Assembly: GCA_036654235.1 (NCBI GenBank)
Contig: JAVVSK010000004.1
Location: 21,259-85,258 of the forward strand
DNA: 64,000 nt
From: Clostridia bacterium
GTDB taxonomy: Bacteria > Bacillota > Clostridia > Christensenellales > CAG-138
Direction of reading: 5' to 3'
Position numbers and translations under genes: made by a program. Below are positions 10,142 to 20,741 of this stretch, piece by piece. How positions within the stretch are numbered: position 1 is the first letter of the stretch; each line of letters begins with the position of its first letter. Under the pieces are notes generated by a model. It was not told the origin of the DNA and made no database searches. It worked only from the letters and a program-made list of their open reading frames with translations.

Positions 10142-11449
10142 TCAATTTAAAAGCCTTAAACCTTTAGGAAGATAGTTTTTTAAAACTCCTCCGCTCATTT
10201 TCCCAAAACCAACGTTAAACCCGTCAACAGCTACAGCCGTATACCCGTCCTCTTCGTCTAAAATAAGAGTAAACCCACGAAGAAAATCCAAAATTTCTTT
10301 TGATTCCATAGTAAAATTCAGTTGCCTTTTAAAAACGCCTCCGCCTTCAGCAATAAAAAGCGAATGCGACGGCGAAAAACGTGTGTTTTTAAACTCCCCC
10401 GCAAAAACACCGGCTCTCAATGTGAAAAAATTGGACGCTATATTAATTATTTCGTCGTTTGCAAGATAGATCCGTCCGTCTTTCAAAAAATACGCCTCAC
10501 CGGAAGGAAGTATTGAAAAATTATCCGTCATAAAAGATTTGAGAACATTTAAAGCGTTCTTATCACGAATCAGATTCGGATTTTTATATTCTCCCGTTTC
10601 AGTCTCTCCCCCATCCCCTATTCTTTTCATTTTACAAACAAAGTGACCCTCTCCAACTGATGTATGCGGGTATAGACGCTTCATAAATATGAGCGAAAAA
10701 TCCTCATTTTTACGCAAAAAGTTCTCTATGACTTCCTCGTTTTCCTCTTTTGAGAAGGTACATGTTGAGTATATTAGAATGCCGTTTGTTTTAACCGTTT
10801 CCGCTGCCGCGCTTAAAATTTGCCTTTGACGCACAGCGCAGGCTTTTACGTGTTCAAGCGACCATTCCGCTATTGCGCGTTCGTCTTTCCTAAACATACC
10901 TTCTCCGGAACAAGGTGCGTCAACTAAAACAGCGTCAAAATATTTTGGGAGTTTTTTTGCTATATCACCCGGATGCGCGGATATAACGACCGAATTTGCA
11001 ATTCCCATACGCTCAATAGTATTGCTAAGCGTCTTTGCGCGCGAAGGTATAAATTCGTTCGCAACTAAAATACCGTTCCCATTCATTTTAGCGGCTATCG
11101 CCGCCGCTTTCCCTCCGGGAGACGCACACATATCAAGTATTCTCATACCCGATTTTATATCGAAAGCCGCAACAGCGCTCATAGCCGTCGGCTCCTGAAG
11201 ATAATAAAGCCCCGCAAAATGATAGGGATGACGACCTAATCCGTCCGCATCCACGATAAAGCCCTCGTCAATAATTCCGGTCTTTTTTAGAGTATAAGGG
11301 AACGCGGCACAAAACGAGTCTATGCCGACCTTTAATGTATTTACCCTTAGTGCCTTAGTCGGAGACTTTGAAAACGATTCGTAAAAGCTTTCAAAATCAC
11401 CGCCGAGGTACTTGCGCATTCTATTTAAAAAATCATTCGGAAGTTCCAA
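10142..11449 (-). CDS. RsmF/NOL1/NOP2/Sun-family rRNA m5C methyltransferase
   Basis: YYLQEPTAM, LDMCASPGGK, VDAPCSGEGMFRK, YSTCTF, C-terminal LKNYLPKGLR. Confidence 0.92.
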   Translation of the reverse strand: MELPNDFLNRMRKYLGGDFESFYESFSKSPTKALRVNTLKVGIDSFCAAFPYTLKKTGIIDEGFIVDADGLGRHPYHFAGLYYLQEPTAMSAVAAFDIKSGMRILDMCASPGGKAAAIAAKMNGNGILVANEFIPSRAKTLSNTIERMGIANSVVISAHPGDIAKKLPKYFDAVLVDAPCSGEGMFRKDERAIAEWSLEHVKACAVRQRQILSAAAETVKTNGILIYSTCTFSKEENEEVIENFLRKNEDFSLIFMKRLYPHTSVGEGHFVCKMKRIGDGGETETGEYKNPNLIRDKNALNVLKSFMTDNFSILPSGEAYFLKDGRIYLANDEIINIASNFFTLRAGVFAGEFKNTRFSPSHSLFIAEGGGVFKRQLNFTMESKEILDFLRGFTLILDEEDGYTAVAVDGFNVGFGKMSGGVLKNYLPKGLRLLN

Positions 11450-11452
11450 AAT

Positions 11453-13090
11453 TTATGCTCTGTTTTTTCTTTTAAGAACAAGTATAAAACCGCAAACGCC
11501 AACTAAAAGAACAGCTATGGCAAAAGACAAAATGCTATCCGCACCGGTATCCGGCGGGTTAGGTTGGTTCGTTTTTTCAACGATTCGACCGTCCGTCGTC
11601 GCGTATGATTTAAGCGATCCGAGCTTCACAATATATTCGGAAAGCATAACATCAAATGTTGTAAACTCACATACGGCCGGTTTTTCCGCAATCATAGTAT
11701 AATTCGTACCATAAGCTATAAAGTCGTTCGTAACGAGGAGATATTCCTTATTCGGGTCTATTTTTTCGCTACCAACGCTTATGTTTTTTATATCGACTCG
11801 CTGTCCGGCAGGAGCAGCTTTATCATAAATAAATGAAATCCCGCTTACCTGTAAAAATTCTCCGTAGGTTTCTGGTAATTTTGATAGTGATATCTCCAGT
11901 ATATCGTGAATATCGCTCCCCTTAACATACTTTGTGACTCCGTAGTTCCCGAAAGGCAATACTGTTATTATCTCGCCTCTCGTTATATCTCCGATATCTA
12001 TTGAGGCTCTTATTCCTCCGCTATTAACAATCGCTATATCCGCCCCCGTATTAAACCTCATTGCATCGGTAATAAGATCGCCAAGGTTGGTTTCCCTCGT
12101 TCTAATGTTTTCATATTCTCCGTCCAATTGAACATCAGTTTTTGCGACAACTTCATTCATAATTTCGGATATCTCATCATCCAGCTTTTTAACGATGGTA
12201 TCAACAGCTTCGTCTGTATCTGAAAATTCACGCAAATTTACAAGTTCGGCGCGCTTCTTGTTTTCTTTATCTATCGTAACAATCCCTATATTCGACATAT
12301 AATATCCGGTTTGAACTATTAGGGTATCTTTAACGAGATTCCCGTTTTCAAGAGCGGAATGACTGTGACCATCGACAAAAATATCTATCCCATCTACGGC
12401 ATTTACTATCTCAGATGAAATTACGCTAGACGACGCACTATCGTCCCCAATATGCCCAAGCGCAATTATATAATTAACGCCCTGTTTTTTAAGATCCGCA
12501 ACTTGTTCCTTCGCAACTTCAATCGGATCTAAAAACTCTACGCCCGCTACATATGATGATAAAACTTTATCCTTAGTATCCGGAGTTGCAAGTCCGAATA
12601 TGCCAAACTTTACCCCGTTTTTTTCTATAACAGTATTAGGGATAAAGAGGGGTTCGCCCGTATTTTCATATACAACGTTTGACGCGATAACCGGAAATTT
12701 CGTGATTTTAGAAAGTTCGAGCAATCTTTGATAACCGTAGTTATAATCATGATTGCCGGTTGTCATAGCGTCGTATCCAACAGCGTTCATGATCTCAACT
12801 ATTGCCCTGCCCTCCGATAACTGCGCAAACGGCATTCCATGAAGCGTATCGCCCGCATCTAAAACCAAAACAGTGGCACCCATATCCTCATATTTATGTT
12901 TCATAGCGGCAACAGCAGTAAAGCCCATTATACTTTTCCCGTCAGGAACGGCGCGCCCATGCGAATCATTGGTATGTAAAATTATCGTCTGTCCCAGTAA
13001 TGGCTTTTGATCATTTTCAGCTAAAACGCCAGCAAATGTCGAAAACATAAAGCAAGCAGCCAATAAAAAAGATAGAATTTTTTTCATCAC
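11453..13090 (-). CDS. Cell-wall-anchored 5'-nucleotidase / UDP-sugar hydrolase family metallophosphoesterase
   Basis: Signal peptide, HTNDSHG, DAGD, GNHD, DGHSH, C-terminal nucleotidase domain (ETNLGDLITDA, NSGGIR), then PPDTG + TM + KRKNR. Confidence 0.9.
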   Translation of the reverse strand: MMKKILSFLLAACFMFSTFAGVLAENDQKPLLGQTIILHTNDSHGRAVPDGKSIMGFTAVAAMKHKYEDMGATVLVLDAGDTLHGMPFAQLSEGRAIVEIMNAVGYDAMTTGNHDYNYGYQRLLELSKITKFPVIASNVVYENTGEPLFIPNTVIEKNGVKFGIFGLATPDTKDKVLSSYVAGVEFLDPIEVAKEQVADLKKQGVNYIIALGHIGDDSASSSVISSEIVNAVDGIDIFVDGHSHSALENGNLVKDTLIVQTGYYMSNIGIVTIDKENKKRAELVNLREFSDTDEAVDTIVKKLDDEISEIMNEVVAKTDVQLDGEYENIRTRETNLGDLITDAMRFNTGADIAIVNSGGIRASIDIGDITRGEIITVLPFGNYGVTKYVKGSDIHDILEISLSKLPETYGEFLQVSGISFIYDKAAPAGQRVDIKNISVGSEKIDPNKEYLLVTNDFIAYGTNYTMIAEKPAVCEFTTFDVMLSEYIVKLGSLKSYATTDGRIVEKTNQPNPPDTGADSILSFAIAVLLVGVCGFILVLKRKNRA

Positions 13091-13219
13091 TAATCTCCTC
13101 TCAAGATAATCAAATTAGATATATCTTTCCATATTATAGTGCTTTTTATAACATAATACAAATAAAATAAAAGAATGAATTTTTTGTATCATTTTAAAAA
13201 GTCGCAATCCGACCCCCTG

Positions 13220-16200
13220 CTAAGGGTTTAATTTAATGTTTTCTGAACCTAAAACCGCTCTGATCTTTGCTAAAAGCCCCGTCTCCGGGTTTATATAAAG
13301 CTCATGCGGCGCAAGCTGTTGTTTTTTCGTATCTTCGTTATAGAAAACAACGGGAACGTTTCCGGGAAAACACCGCAAAAGCTCTAATATTTCTTTCTTT
13401 TTACGTTCGGTATCGTTTTTAAATCTCAAAAACAGACGCATGTTTTCATTAACGGATTTAAGGGGTTTCACCGTTTCCAATAAAATAGTGTTCACCTGAT
13501 CTTCGCGTATGTTCAATCTACCTGAAACGCAGACTATGGCATCGTTTTCCAGTACATCGCGGTAAATTGAAAAAGTTTTTGGAAATACCGTAACCTCGAC
13601 TGAGCCCGATTTATCTGACATTACAAAAAACGCCATTACTCCATTCCCGGATTTCGTGTTTTTTCTATGCAACATAGATATTATTCCGCCAATAGTAAGA
13701 TAAGCCCCGTCTTTAAAATCTCCCGTTCCGTCCGCCTGTTGCACTTTTAAAGCGGTAGCGCTCATTCGCCGCATCTCTTTTTCAAACTCGTTCAATGGAT
13801 GACCGCTAAGGTATATTCCAATTACATCTTTTTCAAACTGAAGCAGCGTTTTTTCCGGAAATTCCCTAAGATTAGGAAGCGCAATTTCTTTATCATAGTT
13901 TTCGCTTTTATCCGATAGGTCAAAAAGCGATATCTGACCGGATAATTTTTTTCGCCTATCTCCGGATGCATCGTCCATCACTGAATCGTATACAGCTAAA
14001 AGCTGTGAACGTTTTAACCCTAAGCTATCAAAGCACCCTGCCTTTATAAGCGATTCGACCATGCGTTTATTTATAGATCCGGCGCGCATAAGAAAATCAT
14101 TAAAACTTTTAAAATCGCCATAGGTTTTGCGTTCCGATATCATATCGTCAATCGCTTTTTCACCGACGTTTTTTATAGCCGCAAGCCCGAATCGAATTGC
14201 TCCGTTTTCAACGGAAAACCGCGCAAAGCTCTTGTTTATATCCGGAGGAAGCTGCTTTATACCCCGCTCTTTTGCAAAAAATAAATATTCGGCTATTTTA
14301 TCCGTGTTCCCTAAAAAGCTATTTATAAGCGCAGTCATAAATTCTGTTAAATAATAGTACTTTAAATATGCGGTACGATAGGCAAGGACGGCGTATCCGG
14401 CTGCATGTGCCTTATTAAAGGCATAAGAAGCAAAGTCCATCATCTCGTCAAAAATTTTCCCGGCAACGTCTTCGTTTATTCCATTCCGAATAGCTCCGGG
14501 AACGGTTATGACCCCGTTTTCTTCCATGCCGAATATGAAATTCTCGCGTTCCTTTGCCATAACATCATACTTTTTTTTACTCATAGCGCGACGAACGAGG
14601 TCGCTTCGTCCGATAGAATAGCCGGCAAGGTCGCGCACTATACGCATGACCTGTTCCTGATAGACCATACATCCATAAGTTTCCTCTAAAATCGGACGAA
14701 GAAGCTCCGTTGGATATACTATTTTGCTTCTGTCGTTTTTACCCATTATATAGCGCGGAATCTGATCCATTGGACCGGGACGAAACAGTGATATCCCCGC
14801 TATTATATCGGTAAAGCAATCTGGCTTTAGCTGAGTTAAAAACGCTCGCATCCCTTGAGATTCTAGCTGAAATACTCCGTCTGTATCGCCCACGCCTATC
14901 ATATCATATATGTTTTTATCATTAAAATCCATACATGAAAAGTCTATATCCGCTTTCCCGCTCTGTTTTATTAAATCTATTGCATCCCGAATTACGGTTA
15001 AAGTACGGAGTCCTAAAATATCCGTTTTTAAAAGTCCAAGACTTTCGAGAGTACCCATTGGAAACTGCGTTGTGATTGCGTCATCGTTTTTTTGAAGCGG
15101 AACGTACTCATAAACCGGTTCTCTTGTTATAAGTATCCCTGCGGCATGTGTCGACGCATGCCGTGGAAGCCCTTCAAGCTTTTTTGAAATATCAAAAAGC
15201 TTTTTAACGTTGGAATTCTCCATCATCGCTTTAAGATTTGGATTATCCTCTATAGCTTTATCGAGAGTTATATGCATGAAACTCGGAATCTGTTTTGCGA
15301 TTTTATCAACCTCGCCATAGGGCATATGTAGAGCGCGCCCAACGTCTCTTATAACGGCGCGCGCCGCCATCGTTCCGAACGTTATTATCTGCGCAACATG
15401 ATCACTTCCATAGCGCGATATTAGATAGTTTATTACCTCCTGCCGCCGCACAACGCAAAAATCTATATCTATATCGGGCATTGATATTCGCTCAGGGTTC
15501 AAAAACCGTTCAAACAATAATCCGTATTCTAGAGGATTTACATCCGTCACATATAAACAGTATAAAACAAGACAAGCTGCGCCGCTCCCCCGCCCGGGTC
15601 CGGTCGCTATTCCGACGCTTTTAGCAAAGCGAATTAAATCCCAAACTATTAGAAAGTAATCTACGAAGCCCATATTCTCTATTGTCGAAAGCTCATATTC
15701 TACGCGCGCGCGCGCCTCATCGCTATCAAAAAGACCGCGTTTTTTCATTCCGTCGATAGTAAGTTGTCTAAGATATTCAGGGTTGTCCTTTAAACCGCCC
15801 TCCGGAATAAAAAGAGGAAGATGGCGGGTTTTAAAGTCTATTTCCAAATTACATTTATTTACTATTTCTTCGGTATTATCTATCGCATCTTGATAATTAT
15901 AGAGCATATTCCGCATTTCGGCTTCAGATTTCATATAGAACTCGTCACAAACCATTTTCATTCGATCTTCATCGTCAACAAAACGGTTGGTTTGAATACA
16001 AAGAAGGATATCCTGCGCCTCAGCATCCTTAGCGTAAACATAGTGAATATCGTTTGTTGCCACGGTCTTTATCTTAAACTCACGCGCAAGATCGTTTAAT
16101 TTTGGCAAAAGCTCAGCCTGTTCCGGAAAATTTTGATTTTGAAGTTCAATATAAAAATCATCTCCGAAGATCTTTTTTAAACGGAGAGCAAGAGAACGCG

Positions 16201-16654
16201 CCTCATCGTCGCGCCCTTCCAACATATAGCGCGGGATATCGCCGCCTATGCAGGCAGAAGTGCAGATTAATCCTTCATGATATTTTTCGAGTATATCGTA
16301 ATCTATACGCGGTTTATAATAAAATCCCTCGGTAAAGGCGATAGAACTTAATTTTATTAGATTGTGATACCCAAGCTCGTTTTTCGCTAGAAGTATCAAA
16401 TGCCCATATTCCCTATGTCCCTCCCTATCAAATCTACTCTTTGGCGCAACATATGTTTCTATGCCAATAATGGGCTTAATGCCTCCCGCCTTACATGCAT
16501 TATAAAAATCTATAACGCCGTACATAGCTCCGTGGTCAGTTATCCCGAGGGCATTCATCCCGAGTTCCCGCGCCCGCTTTACAAGATCCTTTATCCTGGC
16601 CGCGCCGTCAAGCAAGCTGTATTCGGTATGAACATGGAGATGCGTAAAACTCAT
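13220..16654 (-). CDS. dnaE: DNA polymerase III subunit alpha (DnaE)
   Basis: PHP HLHVHTEYSLLDG, GPGRGS, MPDIDIDF, YAFNKAHA, C-terminal OB fold. Confidence 0.97.
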   Translation of the reverse strand: MSFTHLHVHTEYSLLDGAARIKDLVKRARELGMNALGITDHGAMYGVIDFYNACKAGGIKPIIGIETYVAPKSRFDREGHREYGHLILLAKNELGYHNLIKLSSIAFTEGFYYKPRIDYDILEKYHEGLICTSACIGGDIPRYMLEGRDDEARSLALRLKKIFGDDFYIELQNQNFPEQAELLPKLNDLAREFKIKTVATNDIHYVYAKDAEAQDILLCIQTNRFVDDEDRMKMVCDEFYMKSEAEMRNMLYNYQDAIDNTEEIVNKCNLEIDFKTRHLPLFIPEGGLKDNPEYLRQLTIDGMKKRGLFDSDEARARVEYELSTIENMGFVDYFLIVWDLIRFAKSVGIATGPGRGSGAACLVLYCLYVTDVNPLEYGLLFERFLNPERISMPDIDIDFCVVRRQEVINYLISRYGSDHVAQIITFGTMAARAVIRDVGRALHMPYGEVDKIAKQIPSFMHITLDKAIEDNPNLKAMMENSNVKKLFDISKKLEGLPRHASTHAAGILITREPVYEYVPLQKNDDAITTQFPMGTLESLGLLKTDILGLRTLTVIRDAIDLIKQSGKADIDFSCMDFNDKNIYDMIGVGDTDGVFQLESQGMRAFLTQLKPDCFTDIIAGISLFRPGPMDQIPRYIMGKNDRSKIVYPTELLRPILEETYGCMVYQEQVMRIVRDLAGYSIGRSDLVRRAMSKKKYDVMAKERENFIFGMEENGVITVPGAIRNGINEDVAGKIFDEMMDFASYAFNKAHAAGYAVLAYRTAYLKYYYLTEFMTALINSFLGNTDKIAEYLFFAKERGIKQLPPDINKSFARFSVENGAIRFGLAAIKNVGEKAIDDMISERKTYGDFKSFNDFLMRAGSINKRMVESLIKAGCFDSLGLKRSQLLAVYDSVMDDASGDRRKKLSGQISLFDLSDKSENYDKEIALPNLREFPEKTLLQFEKDVIGIYLSGHPLNEFEKEMRRMSATALKVQQADGTGDFKDGAYLTIGGIISMLHRKNTKSGNGVMAFFVMSDKSGSVEVTVFPKTFSIYRDVLENDAIVCVSGRLNIREDQVNTILLETVKPLKSVNENMRLFLRFKNDTERKKKEILELLRCFPGNVPVVFYNEDTKKQQLAPHELYINPETGLLAKIRAVLGSENIKLNP

Positions 16655-17604
16655 ATGACTTCGCCATGGGAAGCCTTTATTCGCTCAGCCGCCTCTATAA
16701 TTTTTTTTAGTCTATAAAAGACACCCGAACGCGATATGCTTATCATCTCAGAAAGTTCAGCTATTGAAGCCTCCGGATAGTTTAGGCGTATCTCCGCCAT
16801 TTCCCTAAGCGTCGGTTTTAACTTTTCAAATTCCCCGGGCGCGTTCATTATTATTTCAATAGCGTCGCGCTGTTCCTTTGATGCCGTATTGCTCCTAACA
16901 ATGTTCCCTATATCGCAGTTTGTGGTTCGATTCGCGTAATTTCTAACGCCCTTTGTAACGCGCGCGCTCTCTAGAGCAAGCATAGCATCCGAGGCGCCTA
17001 TCAGCACCAAAAAGTCGGATATCAATTCCGCTTCTTTTATGTATAAAACCGTAGTATGCCTTCTAACGATAGATTTCATTTCAATCGAATATTCATGTGC
17101 AAGCAAAATTATATCCTTTGCCAGATTCTCTATGCGACAGAGAATTTCGAGATGATAAGCGCTTCCGGGCGCACTAGCATATCCCGCGCCCAAAAACGTT
17201 CCGCAAAGAAAAGCGCGCTTTTCGACATCACCGTTAACAGTCGAAACAGGCGTTCCACCCTCCATCGTTTCTTCATTTGAATCGTTTAAAAAACCAGCGG
17301 CGTTTAAAAGTTTCCGCCCCGAATCGCCAAAAAAGCTAACGACGACCATTGACTTTCCGAGAGTTGTAACCTCGCGTATTGTTAGCGTATCGTGTATATC
17401 TTTAAAAAGCGACGCTGCAATATCTATAAACATGCGCGATACGGTATTGAACTCAGTTGAAAAAGTAATGCCTATGCCGCTATGCCTATGAATAGAGAGC
17501 GCTCCCGCCGAACGCAAAATTCCGGATAGCATCGCCAACTTCCCGGAATCAGACTTCATCTTTATAGCGATAAGTTCTTCTTTTATTTCCGCTGTAAATG
17601 ACAT
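16651..17604 (-). CDS. whiA: DNA-binding protein WhiA
   Basis: MSFTAEIKEEL, RAFLCGTFLGAG, YHLEI, ANRTTNCDIGN, C-terminal HTH (SRSGVFYRLKKI). Confidence 0.9.
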   Translation of the reverse strand: MSFTAEIKEELIAIKMKSDSGKLAMLSGILRSAGALSIHRHSGIGITFSTEFNTVSRMFIDIAASLFKDIHDTLTIREVTTLGKSMVVVSFFGDSGRKLLNAAGFLNDSNEETMEGGTPVSTVNGDVEKRAFLCGTFLGAGYASAPGSAYHLEILCRIENLAKDIILLAHEYSIEMKSIVRRHTTVLYIKEAELISDFLVLIGASDAMLALESARVTKGVRNYANRTTNCDIGNIVRSNTASKEQRDAIEIIMNAPGEFEKLKPTLREMAEIRLNYPEASIAELSEMISISRSGVFYRLKKIIEAAERIKASHGEVI

Positions 17605-18492
17605 TTACTCCTCCCGAGGTAGCGTTAACCGCGTCTTTATATCGACGCCCTCGTTTATAAGATCGCGGTTCATAAGGCTCGCGTCAAAATCATTTTTCAT
17701 TCGCTTATACATCTCATTAGCTGCATAAACCGATCTATGTCTACCTCCGGTACAACCGAAGCTGAGCATAAGCCTATGCTTCCCCTGTTCCTTATAGCGC
17801 GGAATTAACATCCTTAGCATATGTTCAAGTTCGTCTAAAAAAGTGGCTATGGTTTTATCTTTTTCAAGATATTCAACAACCGACTTGTCCATGCCCGAAA
17901 GATATCTAAGGGATGGTTCGTAAAACGGATTTTGTAAAAATCTCATATCAAAGACCATGTCAGTTTCATAAGGTACTCCACGCTTATAGCCAAAGCTCTG
18001 AAATATGAGTGAAAAAGGATTTAAATGAGAAAACGCAAGCGTTTCGTCAAGAACTCTGTCAAATTCAAGGGGCTTTAAATCGCTGGTATCTATTATAAAA
18101 TTCGCCCTGTCCTTAATCGTGTGCAAAAATTCACGTTCGAGCATTACTCCAATTTTTATGTTTGCATTTATTGGGTGACGTCTTCGAGTTTCATTGTATC
18201 TTCTCTCAATTTCCTCGTTGCGGCACTCCAAAAACAATATATCATATTTATCATCCAAGACATCAAAATTATAAAATTCAAGCTCAGAGTTGGAGTTAAA
18301 TATGCTTTCACGGGAATCTATAACAATAGCCGCTTTTTCAACGGGATGTTTCTGACGCGAACAAAATTTAACAAAATCTCTTAGCATGGCGCTTGGTAAA
18401 TTGTCTATACAAAAAAAGCCGCGATCCTCAAGCCTTGAGAGCGCATGCGATTTTCCCGAACCGGAAAGTCCGGTTACAACTAAAATATACAT
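17605..18492 (-). CDS. rapZ: RNase adapter RapZ / YvcJ P-loop NTPase
   Basis: VTGLSGSGKS, FCIDNLP, ETRRRHP, SFGYKRG, GCTGGRHRSV. Confidence 0.93.
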   Translation of the reverse strand: MYILVVTGLSGSGKSHALSRLEDRGFFCIDNLPSAMLRDFVKFCSRQKHPVEKAAIVIDSRESIFNSNSELEFYNFDVLDDKYDILFLECRNEEIERRYNETRRRHPINANIKIGVMLEREFLHTIKDRANFIIDTSDLKPLEFDRVLDETLAFSHLNPFSLIFQSFGYKRGVPYETDMVFDMRFLQNPFYEPSLRYLSGMDKSVVEYLEKDKTIATFLDELEHMLRMLIPRYKEQGKHRLMLSFGCTGGRHRSVYAANEMYKRMKNDFDASLMNRDLINEGVDIKTRLTLPREE

Positions 18493-18555
18493 CTAATGTA
18501 TCCTCTCTAAAAAACAGAAATCCAAATTAGGAGTTTCATTTTTATTAGCTTGATT

Positions 18556-19467
18556 TTAATTATTGGATATTATACGGATTTCAGTTTCAAGTATTATTCC
18601 GAAGTTTTCGTAAACACGTTTTATTATCATGTCTATAAGGGATAAAACGTCTTTTGCCGTTGCGTTGCCGGTGTTCAATATAAATCCCGCATGTAAGGAA
18701 CTAACTTCAGCGCCTCCAACCGAAGCGCCCTTTAATCCCGATTTTTCGATAAGTTCACCCGCAAATCTGCCTTTTGGGCGTTTAAAGACACTTCCGGCGC
18801 TCGGATAGGCTAGGGGCTGCTTTTTACAACGCTGTTCCTTATAGTCATTCATCTTTAGAAGAGCCGTTCCGTCATCCGCGTCAAGAGCAAAATCTGCTTC
18901 AATAACTATAGCGTTCGGATATGCGAACGCGCTTTTCCTGTAACCCAAATCGTTTTCCAATACACGAATTCGCTTCAGCTCTCCGTTTTGTATAACAGTT
19001 ACATACCGCAAAACATTTTTTATTTCCCCGCCATAAGCGCCCGCGTTCATTGCTACCGCACCACCAACCGAGCCTGGAATCCCGTTCGCCCATTCAAGGC
19101 CCATAAGCCCCATAGATACGCTGCGCTTTGAAATCAAGGTTAAAAGAGTTCCCGCGCCCGCCGTAACGATATTTTCCGAAAACCTTATTTCGGACATCCG
19201 ATCACCGATTTGTATAAACAACGCCGAAATAGCCTCATCACAAATAAGAAGGTTCGACCCGTTCCCTATTATGTGACACGGCACATCGTATTCTTCGGCA
19301 AGACGAATAGCCCGCGCTATTTCATCGGCGCTTTTCGGCAACATAAAGAGAGCCGCCCTTCCTCCAATTTTAAAGGAGGTATGATTGCTCATAGGTTCAT
19401 CTCTCAAAATCGTTGCGAAGGCAAGCGCTGATGACAAATCCTCAATTTTTCTTTCAAGCGTATTCAT
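18556..19467 (-). CDS. murB: UDP-N-acetylenolpyruvoylglucosamine reductase
   Basis: HTSFKIGG, GNGSNLL, GIPGSVGGAVAMNAGAYG, PSAGSVFKRP. Confidence 0.96.
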   Translation of the reverse strand: MNTLERKIEDLSSALAFATILRDEPMSNHTSFKIGGRAALFMLPKSADEIARAIRLAEEYDVPCHIIGNGSNLLICDEAISALFIQIGDRMSEIRFSENIVTAGAGTLLTLISKRSVSMGLMGLEWANGIPGSVGGAVAMNAGAYGGEIKNVLRYVTVIQNGELKRIRVLENDLGYRKSAFAYPNAIVIEADFALDADDGTALLKMNDYKEQRCKKQPLAYPSAGSVFKRPKGRFAGELIEKSGLKGASVGGAEVSSLHAGFILNTGNATAKDVLSLIDMIIKRVYENFGIILETEIRIISNN

Positions 19468-19504
19468 AGTTTAATTTTAACTTAATACTTCTCCTTATAC
19501 AAGT

Positions 19505-20620
19505 CTATTTTAGCCTTTTTAACAAGTTTGACAATAAAATTTCATCGTTGCCTAAAATTTTCCCAATTTGCTCTTTGAATTCTGTCGAACCGCTTGCGGA
19601 ATCCAATGTTGTTTTTTTCGCATATTCAATAAGAGCAGCTATTTCATGTTTATATAGAAATGCATTTGGAACTATAGGCGAATTTGCTATAGTTTTCCCT
19701 GCGATTTCGCCTATATCCCCTCCGGATAGTACTGAAAATGCCTGCATCTCACTTATTTTTTTCTGAGCCTTTTTATCGAGTAGGCGGCGGATAAAGTTCT
19801 CGGCATACTGCATTTTTTCATTAGCGATATTTTTTTCTATTCCTAAGAGCTGAACTAAATCCGTATAATCGCTTATGTCGTATGCTCCGGTTAAACTACC
19901 CTTCCCATTCTCATATTGATGCATTGCGTCGAAGCTCATGCGCGCATCCGATAAAAGTGCGGCACTTGCATTTGAAAAAAAAGCATCGCTCGGAAGGATT
20001 TCGGATTTTATTCCCAAAAGTGCTCCTATAATAGGATTGCCGGAGAAATTCCCAAGGTTCTTTCCATTAAGATCATCGTTTAAAAAATCTATATCGTCTA
20101 AAATTAAGTTTTTCTTTGCTAACGCATCTTCGTTCAAAATCAGCTGATAATATGAATACATATATGGGAGGGCACGAAGATCGCCGTCCATTCCGATATT
20201 TTTCAGGGGCGACTTTAACGTTTCCGTCAACGAAGTCTCGAGAGATAAAAGCTCGTCACTATATATCAGCCCCATAGGGAATGAAATTATATCGCAGCTG
20301 TCGCCCGAAGTAAGTCTCTCGCGGTATTCGTTTTCGTCCATTCCCAAAACCTCAAAATATATGCCGAAATTTTCTTTTTCAATTCCTGATGCAATTTCAT
20401 CTAAAAGGACGGTAATGCTGCCCTCGGGAGCTTTAAATTTGACAATGTGCCAGACGGTTATTATACATGCACGATCCGGATTTTCAATCTCTCTCCACTC
20501 TCTGTATATATTACGGTTCACGTTTTTTATTATTGAACCCGGAGCGAATATTAAAAACAATATGAGCGCAATTGTCATGACAGATGCAAAAATCATCTGT
20601 ATTTTTTTTATTTTTTTCAC
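19505..20620 (-). CDS. Membrane-anchored protein, weakly extracellular solute-binding-like; possibly sporulation associated
   Basis: 371-aa ORF with N-terminal TM; ALPYMYSYYQLILNED and AENFIRRLLDKKAQ resemble family-1 SBP motifs; sigma-E-like promoter upstream. Confidence 0.5.
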   Translation of the reverse strand: MKKIKKIQMIFASVMTIALILFLIFAPGSIIKNVNRNIYREWREIENPDRACIITVWHIVKFKAPEGSITVLLDEIASGIEKENFGIYFEVLGMDENEYRERLTSGDSCDIISFPMGLIYSDELLSLETSLTETLKSPLKNIGMDGDLRALPYMYSYYQLILNEDALAKKNLILDDIDFLNDDLNGKNLGNFSGNPIIGALLGIKSEILPSDAFFSNASAALLSDARMSFDAMHQYENGKGSLTGAYDISDYTDLVQLLGIEKNIANEKMQYAENFIRRLLDKKAQKKISEMQAFSVLSGGDIGEIAGKTIANSPIVPNAFLYKHEIAALIEYAKKTTLDSASGSTEFKEQIGKILGNDEILLSNLLKRLK

Positions 20621-20641
20621 CTATAGCACCACCTTTAAAAT

Positions 20642-20671
20642 ATCTTATGAAGTTTTAAAGTAAGAAATGTG
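20642..20671 (-). promoter_or_regulatory. Sigma-E-like promoter
   Basis: Minus strand CACATTT-N15-CATAAGAT just upstream of the RBS (AAAGGTGG). Confidence 0.45.
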
Positions 20672-20741
20672 GGTAAAAAGGCATGTGCCGTTAAAATAGG
20701 TGGCAAAATAATAATTGTTTTAAAAATCCCAAAATATAGAT

